Below, piece after piece: positions 22,880-35,258 of a stretch of DNA of 64,000 bases. This stretch comes from Antechinus flavipes. Its lineage: Eukaryota. The translations under genes and the position numbers were made by a program. The DNA is taken from the NCBI RefSeq assembly GCF_016432865.1, contig NC_067402.1, positions 187,984,001-188,048,000 on the forward strand. The letters are read 5' to 3'. Below the pieces are notes generated by a model. It saw nothing but the letters and a program-made list of their open reading frames with translations. It was not told the DNA's origin and did not search any database. Position 1 is the first letter of the stretch; each line of letters starts with the position of its first letter.

Positions 22880-24978
22880 GAGCTGCAACGGGAGAGATGC
22901 TCTAGTCTCCATGGCAGTGCTTGAAGCAGGCAGAGGTAAGAAGCCGACCCCTCTTCCCTAGACTACCCACTCCCATTGCTTTCTCCCCACACTGTTTCCT
23001 TTCCCCTTCCCATCCCTGAGTTCCCCTCCTCCCCGGGGCCACCTGCTGTTCCTGGCATGGGGGTAGGGGTGGTTGCGGATTCCTGACCTCTCTAAAGAAC
23101 ATAAGAACATAGGGGACTTCCTAGTTTCTCATCCTCACCCTGACCTTCCATCTCTTTTCCCCCTCCCCACTCTGTCCTTCACCTTCTCTCTGTCCTTCAT
23201 CCTTGATTTCTCTTTCTTTCTTAGAGATTTTCTTTCTTCAAGGGTGCCCCTTCCCCCACAGCAGAGCCAAGGGAGGGAAAATGAGAAAGGGTCCAAAGTA
23301 GGGAGAAAGGCAATGGAGGGGGGACTCCTGCCCAACTCTGGTTGCCCCACCCCCCCCGGCTAGCCATCACCATAGCAACTCAGATTACTGGGCTCCATAT
23401 GGAAAACAAAAAGGGGGGTAATATGACCTCATGGAAGGGTGCAGAAAAGGGGCTAAGGGCTCCTCTATAAAGAATGTCCTCCACTGTTGGGTTTTCCTGC
23501 TTTTGTACTTTTCCCTTTCACCTCTCCCAATTTTGATATAACCCTTCTGATGCCTCCCTCAGACCCTCTCCCCTTCTTACTGTGATCCTCTGATTCATTT
23601 CAGCTGCCTCCCTAAGGCAGTATATCATCAATATCCCCATTGCTTCTGCAGCCCCCACCCCCACCCCAAACAGAGGGAGGAGAGAGACAAGGTCACCCAG
23701 TGGGGCCCCAGATTTTATGTCTTTTGATCCTTCCCATCACTCTCTTCCCTTAGCTAGAGGATCCTTTAGTTCCTCTCAGTCTCTGGACCCCCTATCTACT
23801 TTCCCCTTTCTTTCCTCCTTCCTTTCCCTAAACTCTCCCTTTTCTTCTTCCACGTCCACCCACCCATTCTCTAGTCTCTCCCTTTCTGGATGATTCTGTT
23901 CTGAGGTCAAACAATTTCCCCTTCTTCTGTTCTTTTTGCCTTCTGTCTTCAATTCTGTTCTCCTCTTTCCCATACTTCCTCAAAAAAAGGGAAAAGTTAA
24001 GTCTTGAGAAGATAGGAAAGGGGTGATAAGTCACCAACCTTAGGAGAATGAAGGGTTTGGGAAGGGAGAGAGGATACATACCCTTCCTCGCTGCCACCCC
24101 TTCCTCCTCCCACATTGTCACCTACTGTGAACCTCCAGTGGGGCTATTTACTGTTCCCCCTGTCAGTGAATCTGGAAGGAAATTAATAGAGTGGGGTGGG
24201 GGCAGATCGGATAACTAGATCGTGGCAAAGGGTTTGAGGACAGGAATAGGAAAAATGGGTGAACTGGGGTTCTTGAGAGGAGAAGTTAAAAGGAAAAAGG
24301 GAAATGGAACGTAATAGAGTAGGACTGAAATCCCATTTTCCCTAGAAGCTTATAGGAGCACCACTGATCCCAGAGTTTCATTGTAGGACCAGGGAGATTG
24401 ATTAAATGACATCTGCAGGTTACAGTCTTTTATGATTTCAAATGAAGGAAAGAAAGGAAGCTCAGGAAACCAACTGAGAAAAAGGAAATTGGAGCACTGG
24501 CTTATCTGCAGCTCTCTTTACCACAGCAGGTTCTGTCTGCTGAAGACCCTCACACCCATGGAGAGACCCAAAGGAGACACAGCCCACTGAGTCTGTTGGA
24601 AGATGAGTCAATAGGAAGGCAGGTGGGAATGGAAATCAGAGGATCCCACCCAGCATCCTAGCAAGGGTGCTTTTTCTCCACTCAAGGGAGAGAAAAAAAG
24701 AAGCCATAGAGAGGCAGAGGGCTGTTTCCTTTGACCCTTAGCCTTGGATTCCTCCTTCTCCTTTCTACTGCAGCAAATGACATCTTAGGGGAGCCATGAA
24801 GGACAAGGCAGTGGGGTAGGCCACAGGGACTTTTTTGCCTCATTCTAGGGGGGGAGGGAATTGGGAACAGGGATAATAAGGGTCATGGGGGGCAGTCTCA
24901 GTGGGGCTCCTGGGTGAATCCATTCCCCCCACCCCCCAGAACTTCAGGGGGTGTGGGGGGCAGAGGAAGAAGAGGAGG

Positions 24979-27900
24979 ATGGCTCGGGGTGGGACAGGGA
25001 TGGAGGAGGCCTCCCTCCGCTCCAATGCCCTGTCATGGCTGGCCTGTGGAATGCTGGCCCTCCTGGCCAATGCGTGGATCATTCTCAGCATCTCAGCCAA
25101 GCAGCAGAAACACAAACCCCTGGAACTATTGCTCTGCTTCCTGGCTGGCACCCACATCCTCATGGCAGCAGTGCCCCTCACCACCTTTGCTGTGGTGCAG
25201 CTCCGACGCCAGGCCTCTTCTGACTACGACTGGAATGAGAGCATCTGCAAAGTTTTTGTTTCTACCTACTACACGCTGGCCCTAGCCACCTGCTTCACCG
25301 TGGCCTCACTCTCCTATCACCGGATGTGGATGGTTCGCTGGCCCGTCAACTACCGGCTCAGCAACGCCAAGAAGCAGGCGTTGCACGCTGTCATGGGCAT
25401 CTGGATGGTCAGCTTCATCCTATCCACGCTGCCTTCCATCGGCTGGCACAACAACGGCGAGCGGTATTATGCCCGGGGCTGCCAGTTCATCGTCTCCAAG
25501 ATCGGGCTGGGTTTTGGCGTCTGCTTTAGCCTCTTGCTGCTTGGAGGCATCGTCATGGGGCTGGTGTGTGTAGCCATCACCTTCTACCAGACACTGTGGG
25601 CCCGACCCCGTCGGGCAAGACGGGCCCGGAAATTGGGGGGTAGAGAGGGATCCAGAGGGGGCGGTACAGGGGGCCTAGGGACCCGGCCAGCCTTTGAGGT
25701 TCCAGCCATTGTAGTGGAAGACGCCCGTGGAAAGCGTCGGTCTTCGCTGGATGGCTCTGAGTCAGCCAAGACGTCCCTGCAGGTCACCAACTTGGTCAGC
25801 GCCATCGTCTTTCTCTACGACTCACTCACTGGGGTGCCCATCCTGGTGAGATCAGGATTCCACACTCCATCTCCCTTTCCCTGCCATCCAACCTCCAACT
25901 TCCTTGTCTAGTCTGTAGTTCCCTCCATCTAGAATAGAAACTTCTCCACCCTTGATCCCCTTCCATAGAGATCACTTCTACTGCCACCCCAATCTATGAC
26001 ACCCCACTCCTTCCTATCCCCACCTCCAAGTCTCCATTTTACCTCTATATTACGGCTCTGCTTTCCCTCTAAGAGCCCCATCTCTCCATCCCAGTCTTCT
26101 TGACTTTCCTCTAGTTAATTTCCCTGTCTCCTCTTTTATCTCTGTTTCCTTTCTCCCAGATATAGAAACTCATCCTCTAACTGTCCCTTAAATCCCACTG
26201 TCAGAGGCAGGAGACTGGGCTGGAGAGACCATGGCTCTGACCCTTTGCGGTCTTTCTGATGAGCCTCCTGCCCTCCTTCCCCAGGCAGTGAGCTTCTTCT
26301 CACTGAAGTCCGACTCTGCGCCCCCATGGATGGTGCTGGCTGTGCTATGGTGCTCCATGGTACAGACTCTGCTCCTGCCCTCCTTCATCTGGTCCTGTGA
26401 GCGTTATCGAGCTGATGTGCGCACCGTGTGGGAGCAGTGTGTGGCTATCATGTCCGAGGAGGATGGCGAGGATGGTCAGAAGATGTCTACCCTCCCCACC
26501 GTGATCACTGTCCCCTCCCTGCACAAAGAACACTCCCACAGACTCCTAAATTCTGATTTTACTAAATATAGAGCTCCTATGCTGCCGAATATCTGTAAAG
26601 GGCCCTGTAATGCCCTGCCCCTGTCTTATTTTCCCTCTCTGTGCCTTAGTTTTCTCATCTATAAAATGAGGGGGATGGTCCCTTTTTGAAGCTCTGACTT
26701 TCCTTATGTACAAGGTTATGGTCCATATACTGCACTGTAGCTCCCTCTGTTGGACACATCTCCATCACTGTTTTTATGGTCCTTTCAACCTTCCCGGCAA
26801 GCATTCATATTCTGGGCAGATAAGTCTCCCAGGCTTGATTTCTAAGCATTTATTCTCCCCCCACTCCCAACCTCCTCTTACTTCTATCCCTAATATTCTC
26901 CCTACTCTCCCTATATAAGATACCGCATTTAGAGACCTTCTCTTCTTCTCTACCTTTTCCTTGCTACCATGTAAAACTCTTTTCTCCTCTGTGATCTATT
27001 TACAGCTACCTTGGTTAGATGTTACACACATACACACACACACACACACACACTCACCCAGGTCCTTTTTCAACCAAAGGGATGGGGTCAAGAAGGAAAG
27101 GGGAACCAAGGACAAATCATAAGAAGAGGTTTGGGGGAAGCAGGGCGATGGGCATCTTGGGAACAATAACAATTGTATACATTGGGTGAAGATGAAATCA
27201 TCTACTTTATCTTCTTTTTCTTCCCAAGATGGAAGCTGCAATGACTATACTGATGGCCGGGTCTGCAAAATTCGTTTTGATGCTAATGGAGCTGCTGGGC
27301 CAGGGAGCCAAGATCCCACCCAAGTGAAGATGCTGAGTGGGAGACACATGCTATTTCCTCCTCATGAAAGAGTCCACTATTTGCAGGTATGGAGCTGAGA
27401 AAGAACAGTATGTTCAAATCTCCTCACATCTGTAAGAGTATTTGCAGACTTGGTTCCAAGTACCTAATTCCAGGATATGTCAGCTTGGGTTGAAAAGATA
27501 GCTCTTTCCCTGTATACCCACTATGAAGGACAAGGAAGGCCAGGAACTGGAAAAGAGAGAATATTGGGCTCTGTCTCCATTTGCCAACTCCTCTCCTCCA
27601 ATGATCCAATGGGTTTCTCTATGCCCAGGTCAGAGGTAGGATGTGAGGTGCTCTGGTAGTTCTCCTCCTACCTGTAGAAGCCCTAAAAAGTACAAGGACA
27701 AATCAGAGTGGCTTTAGGGGATTTTTCTGTGTAGGTTCTACCATGGCCAAATCACTTCTTTGGGCATTAGCTTCCTCATTTGTAAAAAGAATTTTTGTCT
27801 TGGATATTCTCTAAGGTCCTTTCAATTCTTTTTTAAATCCATGAAACTAAGAAATCAACACAGAAAATACACAACTGGGATGGAGAGAAAGAAGGTCCTA

Positions 27901-28700
27901 TTCTAACTTAATATATGGTTTGCATGCATGTTTGTTATGTATGTGCATAATTGCACATACATTCGATGTAAAGGAGAACTAGAGGAGAAATCTCCTGAAA
28001 TTAATTTTTGAGTTCGTTTTACCAAAAGAAATGCAAACAGAGAAAAACTTTTGAAGTAGAGAATTCACACACACACACAGAAATCTCCCCATCTTCAGGG
28101 TACATCCTTCTCTATTCCAGGAGTTTTTCCTAAATATCACTCAATGAAGTTCCTCAAGATCTACCTTTTCCCCTATCACAGGTTCCACTGTCCAGACGAC
28201 TCTCCCATGATGAAACCAACATCTTCTCTACTCCTCGCTCACCTGGCTCCTTCCTGCATAAATGGTCATCTTCAGATGACATCCGGATAATCCCATCCTC
28301 AAACAGGGAATTGGGGACACTCCGGGGCATGGAAGATGATGAAGAGGAGTCTGAAGCTTTGACCAATTTACATCAATTCTTGGAAAGCAGAATGCTAGGA
28401 GGAGGTGGAGGGCCTCCAAGGGGCCCTGGCTTCTTCCGAGATGAGATCACCACCTTCATTGATGAGACACCCCTGCCTTCTCCAGCTGCTTCCCCAGGTC
28501 CTTCTCCCCGTCGGCCCCGGGCCCCAGGTCTCTTTCCCCGTCGTCTTTCCCTAGGGTCCCCTGATACTGGAGTGACTGGAGTGTCTACGGGGCTATATAC
28601 AGGGAGGCGGTGCTCCCTCACTGGAATTGAGGGGGACCCACAGGCTTGGGGGGGAACTTGGGGCCCTAACACACCTATATTTGCCCCACTGAGCCTGTGA
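24979..28700 (+). CDS. GPR162: Orphan class A GPCR GPR162 (577 aa)
   Basis: Exons 24979-25845 ([29 protein letters not shown]), 26285-26474, 27229-27386, 28182-28700 (..FAPLSL-stop); 1734 nt in frame; the TM region is near-identical to human GPR162 as I recall it. Confidence 0.96.
27023..27052. repeat. (CA)n microsatellite, one interruption
   Basis: Read directly; lies in a GPR162 intron. Another CA-rich tract lies at about 29125-29157. Confidence 0.85.
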
Positions 28701-28923
28701 GCCCTTGATGAATCCAACAGACTTAAGAGGAAGGGAGCCTGGGATAGATAACTCCCTTGACCTGATTCAGTCTACAACTAGCCACAAACTTGAACCCAGG
28801 ACAGCTGTCTGCAGCAGACTTAGAAGGAAATGGGGAAATTGGATTTGGGGCATCATAGCTCTGACTACTATGTCTATAAGACTGGATCCTGCTCCTTACT
28901 TCCCATCATCCCCAGCCCAACAT

Positions 28924-28929
28924 ATTAAA
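28924..28929 (+). terminator. Candidate GPR162 poly(A) signal ATTAAA
   Basis: About 220 nt after the stop, with GT-rich sequence downstream; an AATAAA at 29407 is an alternative. Confidence 0.45.
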
Positions 28930-30169
28930 AAAATCTGAAGTGTTACTGTGGAAACAGCTGTAGCCACTGTGTCTTGGTGGGTATGGGCGGCGGCGGTGGT
29001 GGTGGTGATGGTAATGGTCAAAGGAATAGCTCACATTTATATAGAGTTCTTAGGTTTTTAAAAGCCTTAACTTCCTGACATAGGAAGAAAGGATTATGGA
29101 GATCCAGATAGACAAAGACAGACAGACACACATACACACACATACACACACACACACAAAGTCACAAACACAGTCTCACATGCATATATTCCGGGCTCCA
29201 CCCATCAATCACTATTGTATATAGATGAAATTCCCAGAGTTGTTTGCTCATAATCACCCTGAGAGACAGGTGGTAAAAGTGTTTTCCATGTTTTATAGAT
29301 GAGAAACTTAAGGGCTTAGAAAGAGTTCAAGGTCATACAGCTATTAAGTGCTGGCACTTAAATTCAAGGATTCTGACTCCAAGTTCCCAGAGGAGTCAGG
29401 ATCACAAATAAAAGAAATTTATGTATATAGATTGGTTTGTTAAAAGTGGTGTGGGGAATTCATTTGTATGTATAGGAAAAAAAGACCTTGATGCTATTTC
29501 TGCTTCCTTCCAGCTTCATTTTGAGCATCATTTCTCTAGTGAAAGATCCTCTTTTTTGATTTAATACTCTGGGATACCCCATTTCGCTGATTATTACTAC
29601 TAATATTAGTAGTATTATTACTAGTAGTCAGTGCAAAAACTCTATTTCTTGTCTTAACGGGCTGCATTACAGATGTCCTGGAACCAAGCAGCCCCCCCCC
29701 CCCCCAGAATATCCCTCTGCCTGCTCCGATGGGGACAGTCTCCCATCAATCTATTATCCAATTCTTAACTCTCACTCTACGATGCATCTCTCTCATCCAG
29801 AACCCGCAGGATCTGGGAGTTACTCCTCCCTCCCTCCTCCAAAAAGATGAATCTCCCTCATTCTCTCCCCTAACCCAAGTTCCCTATTTTTTTTCTTATA
29901 TGTTTTCCATATCCAATTCTTCCCCTCTCTCCAGTTCTTTCTCTCCATCTGTTCCTCTCCCTCTGATTCTCTCTTCATTTTCTCTTAATCATCCCAGTGG
30001 GAAGAGCTGCTCTGTCATATTCTACCTCTCCTTTCTTTTCTCTATCGTCTTGCTTTCTCTCTTTCTTTCTCGTTCCCCATCCCCCTCGCTTCCTCTCTAG
30101 CTCTCTCTCCTTCCTCTCCCCTCCCTCTTACATTCCTGCCTTTACTCTGTCTCCTTCTCCTGCCGAACC

Positions 30170-30700
30170 TCCACATCATGCTGTCGCTCCTCCTTCTCCT
30201 ACTGCTCCTTCCATCTCGGGGCTGCGCGGAGCCCCCAGGCCTGGCCCAGCTGCCCGGGCTAGTGCCTCTCCAGTCCCCAGATTTGCTGTACGCAGATGGG
30301 CTGCGCGCCTATGCCGCAGGGGCCTGGGAGCGGGCGGTCGCGCTCCTTCGGGAGGCGCTGAGAAGCAGGGCCGAAGTGGGCCGCGCGAGGCGGGACTGCG
30401 GGGCACGGTGCGCGGCGGAGCCGGGGACCGAGCTGCCCCCAGTGCCCTCGAACGAGCCCGGCTCGGACTTCAGCCCAGGGCCCTGGGAAAGGCTGCTGCT
30501 CCGCGCCGCGCTGCGCCGAGCCGAATGCTTGAGCCAGTGTGCGGCCCGGAGGCTGGGACCCAGGGGCGCCGCTGGGCACCGAACGGTGCGTGCGCTCCAG
30601 GATGCCTTCCGCCGCCGGGAGCCCTACAACTACTTGCAGAGAGCCTACTACCAGGTGCGGGCAAGGGCTGAGGTGGGGAACGGCTCTCATTCTTTGGAGT
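30170..30700. promoter_or_regulatory. CpG island over P3H3 exon 1
   Basis: Dense CpG and high GC in an otherwise CpG-depleted window. Confidence 0.8.
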
Positions 30701-33700
30701 GCAGGTTCTCCTGGAGCCAGAAGGGTTGGAGGTTCGAATGCGACTCTGCTCCTCTCCGTGCCTTACCTGTGTAGCCTGAGGCAAATCAGTGCATCTCACT
30801 GGGCCTCAGTTTCCTCATCCGTAAAGTAAGGAATCTGTGTTAGATTTTAAGGTTTCTTCCTGCACGAAATTCAACGATCCTCTGAAAACAAAAGCCAGAG
30901 GGCGTAATATTAGAGCGACTATGCAAGGGGAGACGAGCCATTTGAGGATTCTCTAATGCATTCCCCATTCTAATACATTCCTCCTCAAATTACAGAAGAG
31001 AGTTACGGGCCCAGAGAGTTATGACGTTAGTTTGCCCAAAGTCACACGGCTTATAAGGAGTAGAATTGCTTTTGGAACACAGGTCCTCGAATTTGAGAGC
31101 CCTTTCCACTACACCACATTAAAACTAATGTAGGAGTGATTATCGATCTTTGTAAAAATTAGATCCAGAAAAATAGGGTTAGAAGATTTTTAGGGGAAAA
31201 AGGAAGGGAATGAGGAATTAGGGCCCAAAAGAGATTCCAGAGAAGGACGGAGGAGAATCTGGGGTTAGGGATGGGGATTGGGAGAACTAGAATGTTAGGG
31301 CAAGACAGGATGGGTGACCGTGTTCCTGAGACTGATGAAGGAGAGGGTGGAGATGGAAAATATGGTTTCCTGCTCTTTCTGCTTATGTGGCCTGGATTCC
31401 TACTCTGCCTAGCACCACAGGCCGTCTGGTCCACCTTTTAAACACACTTCGGGGTCCTAAAATCCAACATGTTCGTCTGGGACGAGTTTCCAATCCCCTC
31501 CTCCAGTTTACCCCTTTCACTGATGCAGGGAATTGGGGAGGGGTGTTTTCTCATCTTCCTTTGTCCATCTCACTCAACCTGGTACCAGATGGTAATGTTG
31601 CCCTATTTCATCCTGATCAGATGNNNNNNNNNNNNNNNNNNNNNNNNNNNNNNNNNNNNNNNNNNNNNNNNNNNNNNNNNNNNNNNNNNNNNNNNNNNNN
31701 NNNNNNNNNNNNNNNNNNNNNNNNNNNNNNNNNNNNNNNNNNNNNNNNNNNNNNNNNNNNNNNNNNNNNNNNNNNNNNNNNNNNNNNNNNNNNNNNNNNN
31801 NNNNNNNNNNNNNNNNNNNNNNNNNNNNNNNNNNNNNNNNNNNTAAGTGACTTGCCTAGGGTCACACAGGTAGGAAATGTTAAGTGAATGAGACCAGATT
31901 TGAACTCAGATCCTCTTGACTTCAGGGCTGGTGCGCTATCCACTGCACCACCTAGCTGCACCTCCTTAATATTTCTTTACCCCAAAATCCCCAAGCCTAG
32001 CTCTGGATTAGGAATCAAGAAACCTAAGTTTGGGTTCCTTGTGCTTTTGTGACCTAAATCACTTTCCCCTTTTGGACATCTCTTCTCTCATCAGTAATAG
32101 TTGATAATATGGGTATATTAATTTAGCTCTCAACTACAACCTTATTGGGGGAGTTACAAGATATTCTTATCCTCATTTTATAGTTAAGGAAACTGAAGTT
32201 CATTTAAATTAAATGACTCAACCAATGGTCTCAGCTAGGTAAAAGCTGGTAGTGGGATCTGAACCCAGATTTTTTCTGACTCCAAATCAGGGCTTAAAAT
32301 GAAGGGTTGGACTAGAAAAGGATGATCTCTAAGATCTTCTAAGATCTTTAGAGCTTGTCAATAGATAGTTACAGAGGACCATCCTCATCGATGTGGAATG
32401 TTTTCCATAGAAAAACTTATTTGAAATGGGGGGGGAGGGTAGTAGTCCTCAGCAAGAGGGGAAAGACTGATAAATGCATAGAGGCAGGATTCTGCACCTT
32501 GATTTTGAGTAGGTCCTAGGAGAATAAACAACAGGTGGTTTGGGAGCCTGCTCCAGAGTCGGGATGTGGAACGTGAAAGGGAGGTAAACTGTCTTGATTA
32601 TGAGGTGATGTCCAGTGGGGAGGGACCTAAAACATTGCTCCAGGATGGAATGGATATTTAGAAAGGGCAGATATGGTATATGGAGGGAACTGCCCCTCTC
32701 ACAGCTCCCCTTCCATTCCCCCAATGACTGATTCAAAGCTGAAGAAATTGGACCTGGCAGTGGCAGCAGCTCACACCTTCTATGTGGCAAATCCAAAGCA
32801 CCTCCAGATCCGGGAGGACATGGTGAAGTATCATCGAATGTCTGGGGTGCGCCGTCAGAGCTTCCGGGACCTTGAGAATCCCCTTCACTGGGTGAGTTGC
32901 CTTCTCCAGCCAAACTCACTCTCTGCTTCTGTCATCCAATCTTCATCTTGCTCCCATCCTTGACAGATCAGAGTTGTAATAGAAAGACTCCTCAGATAGC
33001 CTGGGAGATAGTGGGATCTGGTTTGCAACCTCAGTTCTGATACTAAGCAACAATGACCTTGCTTGAGCGAATCATTTCTACCATCTGAAGAGTTTGGATC
33101 AGAGTCCCTTTGAATTTTAACTCTGATGAAATTTAACATTGATTCTAAAACTACATCTTTCACCTCCTTTCTCCCAAGTGAGTTATAAAGTAGCATTTAC
33201 TGGAGGAGAACCAGGTCTCCAAATGAAACTTATTTCAGCCTGCTAAGATACTCTTACCACTGTTTCTAACTCTTGTATCTATTCTATGCTATGTATTTCC
33301 GCAAGACTTACAAAAAAATAACAATTGCTTAATATTCACATAGTGCTTGTAGCAACATTATGAAATAGCTTTTGCCAATATCATTATCACCATTTTGCAA
33401 ACGAGCAAAATAAAGCTATGGAAAGTTAATTTTCTCATGGTTACCCTGATAGACAAAATGGGTTTTGTAGTTAATAGTACTAATAACTAACATTTAAATG
33501 GCAGTTATTATGTGCTAGTCACTGTACTGAAGTCTTTACAAATATTATCTCATTTTATCTTCACAATAATCCTGGGAGGGAAGTACTATTATTATCTCCA
33601 ATTTACACTTGAGGAAAGTGAGGCAAAAAGAGATTAAGTCATTTGTCCAGATTCACACATAGTAAGTGTTTGAGGTTCTGAACTTCACTCAGCGCTCTAC

Positions 33701-35181
33701 TCTTTGAATCACCTAATTGCCACTATATGAGCCCTCAATAGGTGGTACTTGGGACCACACCTTTAATCCCTGCTCCCTTTCCCTAGGCGGCATATGATGA
33801 GGGTGTGGAACTGCTAAAGAGACAGGAGGTAGCAGCAGCACTGCCTCTCCTGGAAGAGGCCCTCAGGGAGAGCTTGGCCCAGATGGAGAACTGTCGAGCA
33901 GAATGTGAGGGACCAGAGGAGCAGCTCACAGAGGAGGAGGAGAAGGAGGAAGAAGGGGATGCTCAGCCTGAGAGCCAGAATGGCCTCTATGAAGCCATTG
34001 CAGGTTTGAGGCTGAGATAGGGGAAGGGTTATTTATTGGAAGTAAGCATAAGAACATGTGTTGGGGAGAGGCTGGATCTTCCAGAGTCAATGTCCCTTCT
34101 TCCTCCCCCAGGACATTGGATCAAAGTTCTGCAGTGCCGGCAGCGCTGTCCTGGGGCTGTAGCCACACGGCCTGGCCAGAACTCCCCCATCTCCGACTTC
34201 CTACCTAGCCAGCTATGGCAGCTACAGGAAGCCCATGCTCAAGGTGAGTAGAGTTGGGAATGGGGATGACTTTTTTTCTTGGTTTTTAACAAGAGGTGGC
34301 AAAACTTGTCCAAATGGGAGCTCCTTAAATCATACCTTTCCATTTCTCTAGCTGTGTACTGCTTTTCTGTTTTTATTTCCTTCAGGGTTGCCTCCAGTCT
34401 TCTTTGGAGCAGATGAGAAAACCCTGGAAATGTTCTGTTCAGCTCCTTTTAGCTTTAATTGCTATACCTTGCTTTTTGTCCTTCTATCTGTTCTCTTCTT
34501 TGCTCTTTTCCTGAACTAGGTAAGTTGGAAGTCAGATTTTAAATGTATCAGACACAGAAAAACCTTCCTCAAGTGGGATTGATAGTGTCAGCAGGAAGTG
34601 GGTGAGGAGGAGGGTTCAGAATCATTATGATTGGTCCATATTCCCCAGCATAGATGGCATATTCGCTATTGTTCTTAGTTCCTCTCTTGTCTATCTGTAA
34701 TTCCATCTTTGCCTGTCAGTCTTTGCATCTCCATTACTCCTGCCATCTGTCTTCCCATTAAAGCTACCCTACATGTTTTTCTGTCCTTGCCCCCATCTCT
34801 TCATCTCCAGTGGGGAATCTCTCCCAGGCAGTGGAAAATGCATTGAGCATCCTGCTTTTCTATCCTGATGATGAGGCTGTGAAAGGAGCCCTGAATAAAT
34901 ACCAGAAGCTGTTGGGTGAGCAGAGTCCTGATCTTAGTGCCAGAGAGGTAAGCTGTAATACCTGGTCCCAACAGCTCAAAACCCAAACTAAGTACCTAAC
35001 TTATATGAACATTGCCAACAGAACATTGTCTCCAAAACTCGTATTTTTACTCTGGACTCCATTCTCTACCTGGAATAACCGGATCCCCTTACTCTCTCGT
35101 GACTCTCTCAATCCCATATGTAAGGTTCCTTCCATGACCACATCTTGTGATCATTGTCCTGAGCGTGTGAACACCTATATA

Positions 35182-35258
<77 letters not shown>

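Noticed and set aside
24901-24978. N-terminal extension of GPR162 in the ORF track
   Set aside because: Starts at GTG, not ATG; homology begins at the ATG at 24979.
25315-25329. Non-canonical HRM in place of DRY in GPR162
   Set aside because: Same as human GPR162 as recalled; a family trait, not novel.
29997-30799. Long overlapping sense and antisense ORFs over P3H3 exon 1 (224, 143, 109 aa)
   Set aside because: Stop-codon depletion in a GC-rich CpG island; low-complexity translations. The same applies to shadow ORFs over GPR162, CD4 and CDCA3 exons.
31387-31961. ORFs spanning N runs (also 11685-12080 and 22604-22912)
   Set aside because: Artefacts of assembly gaps.
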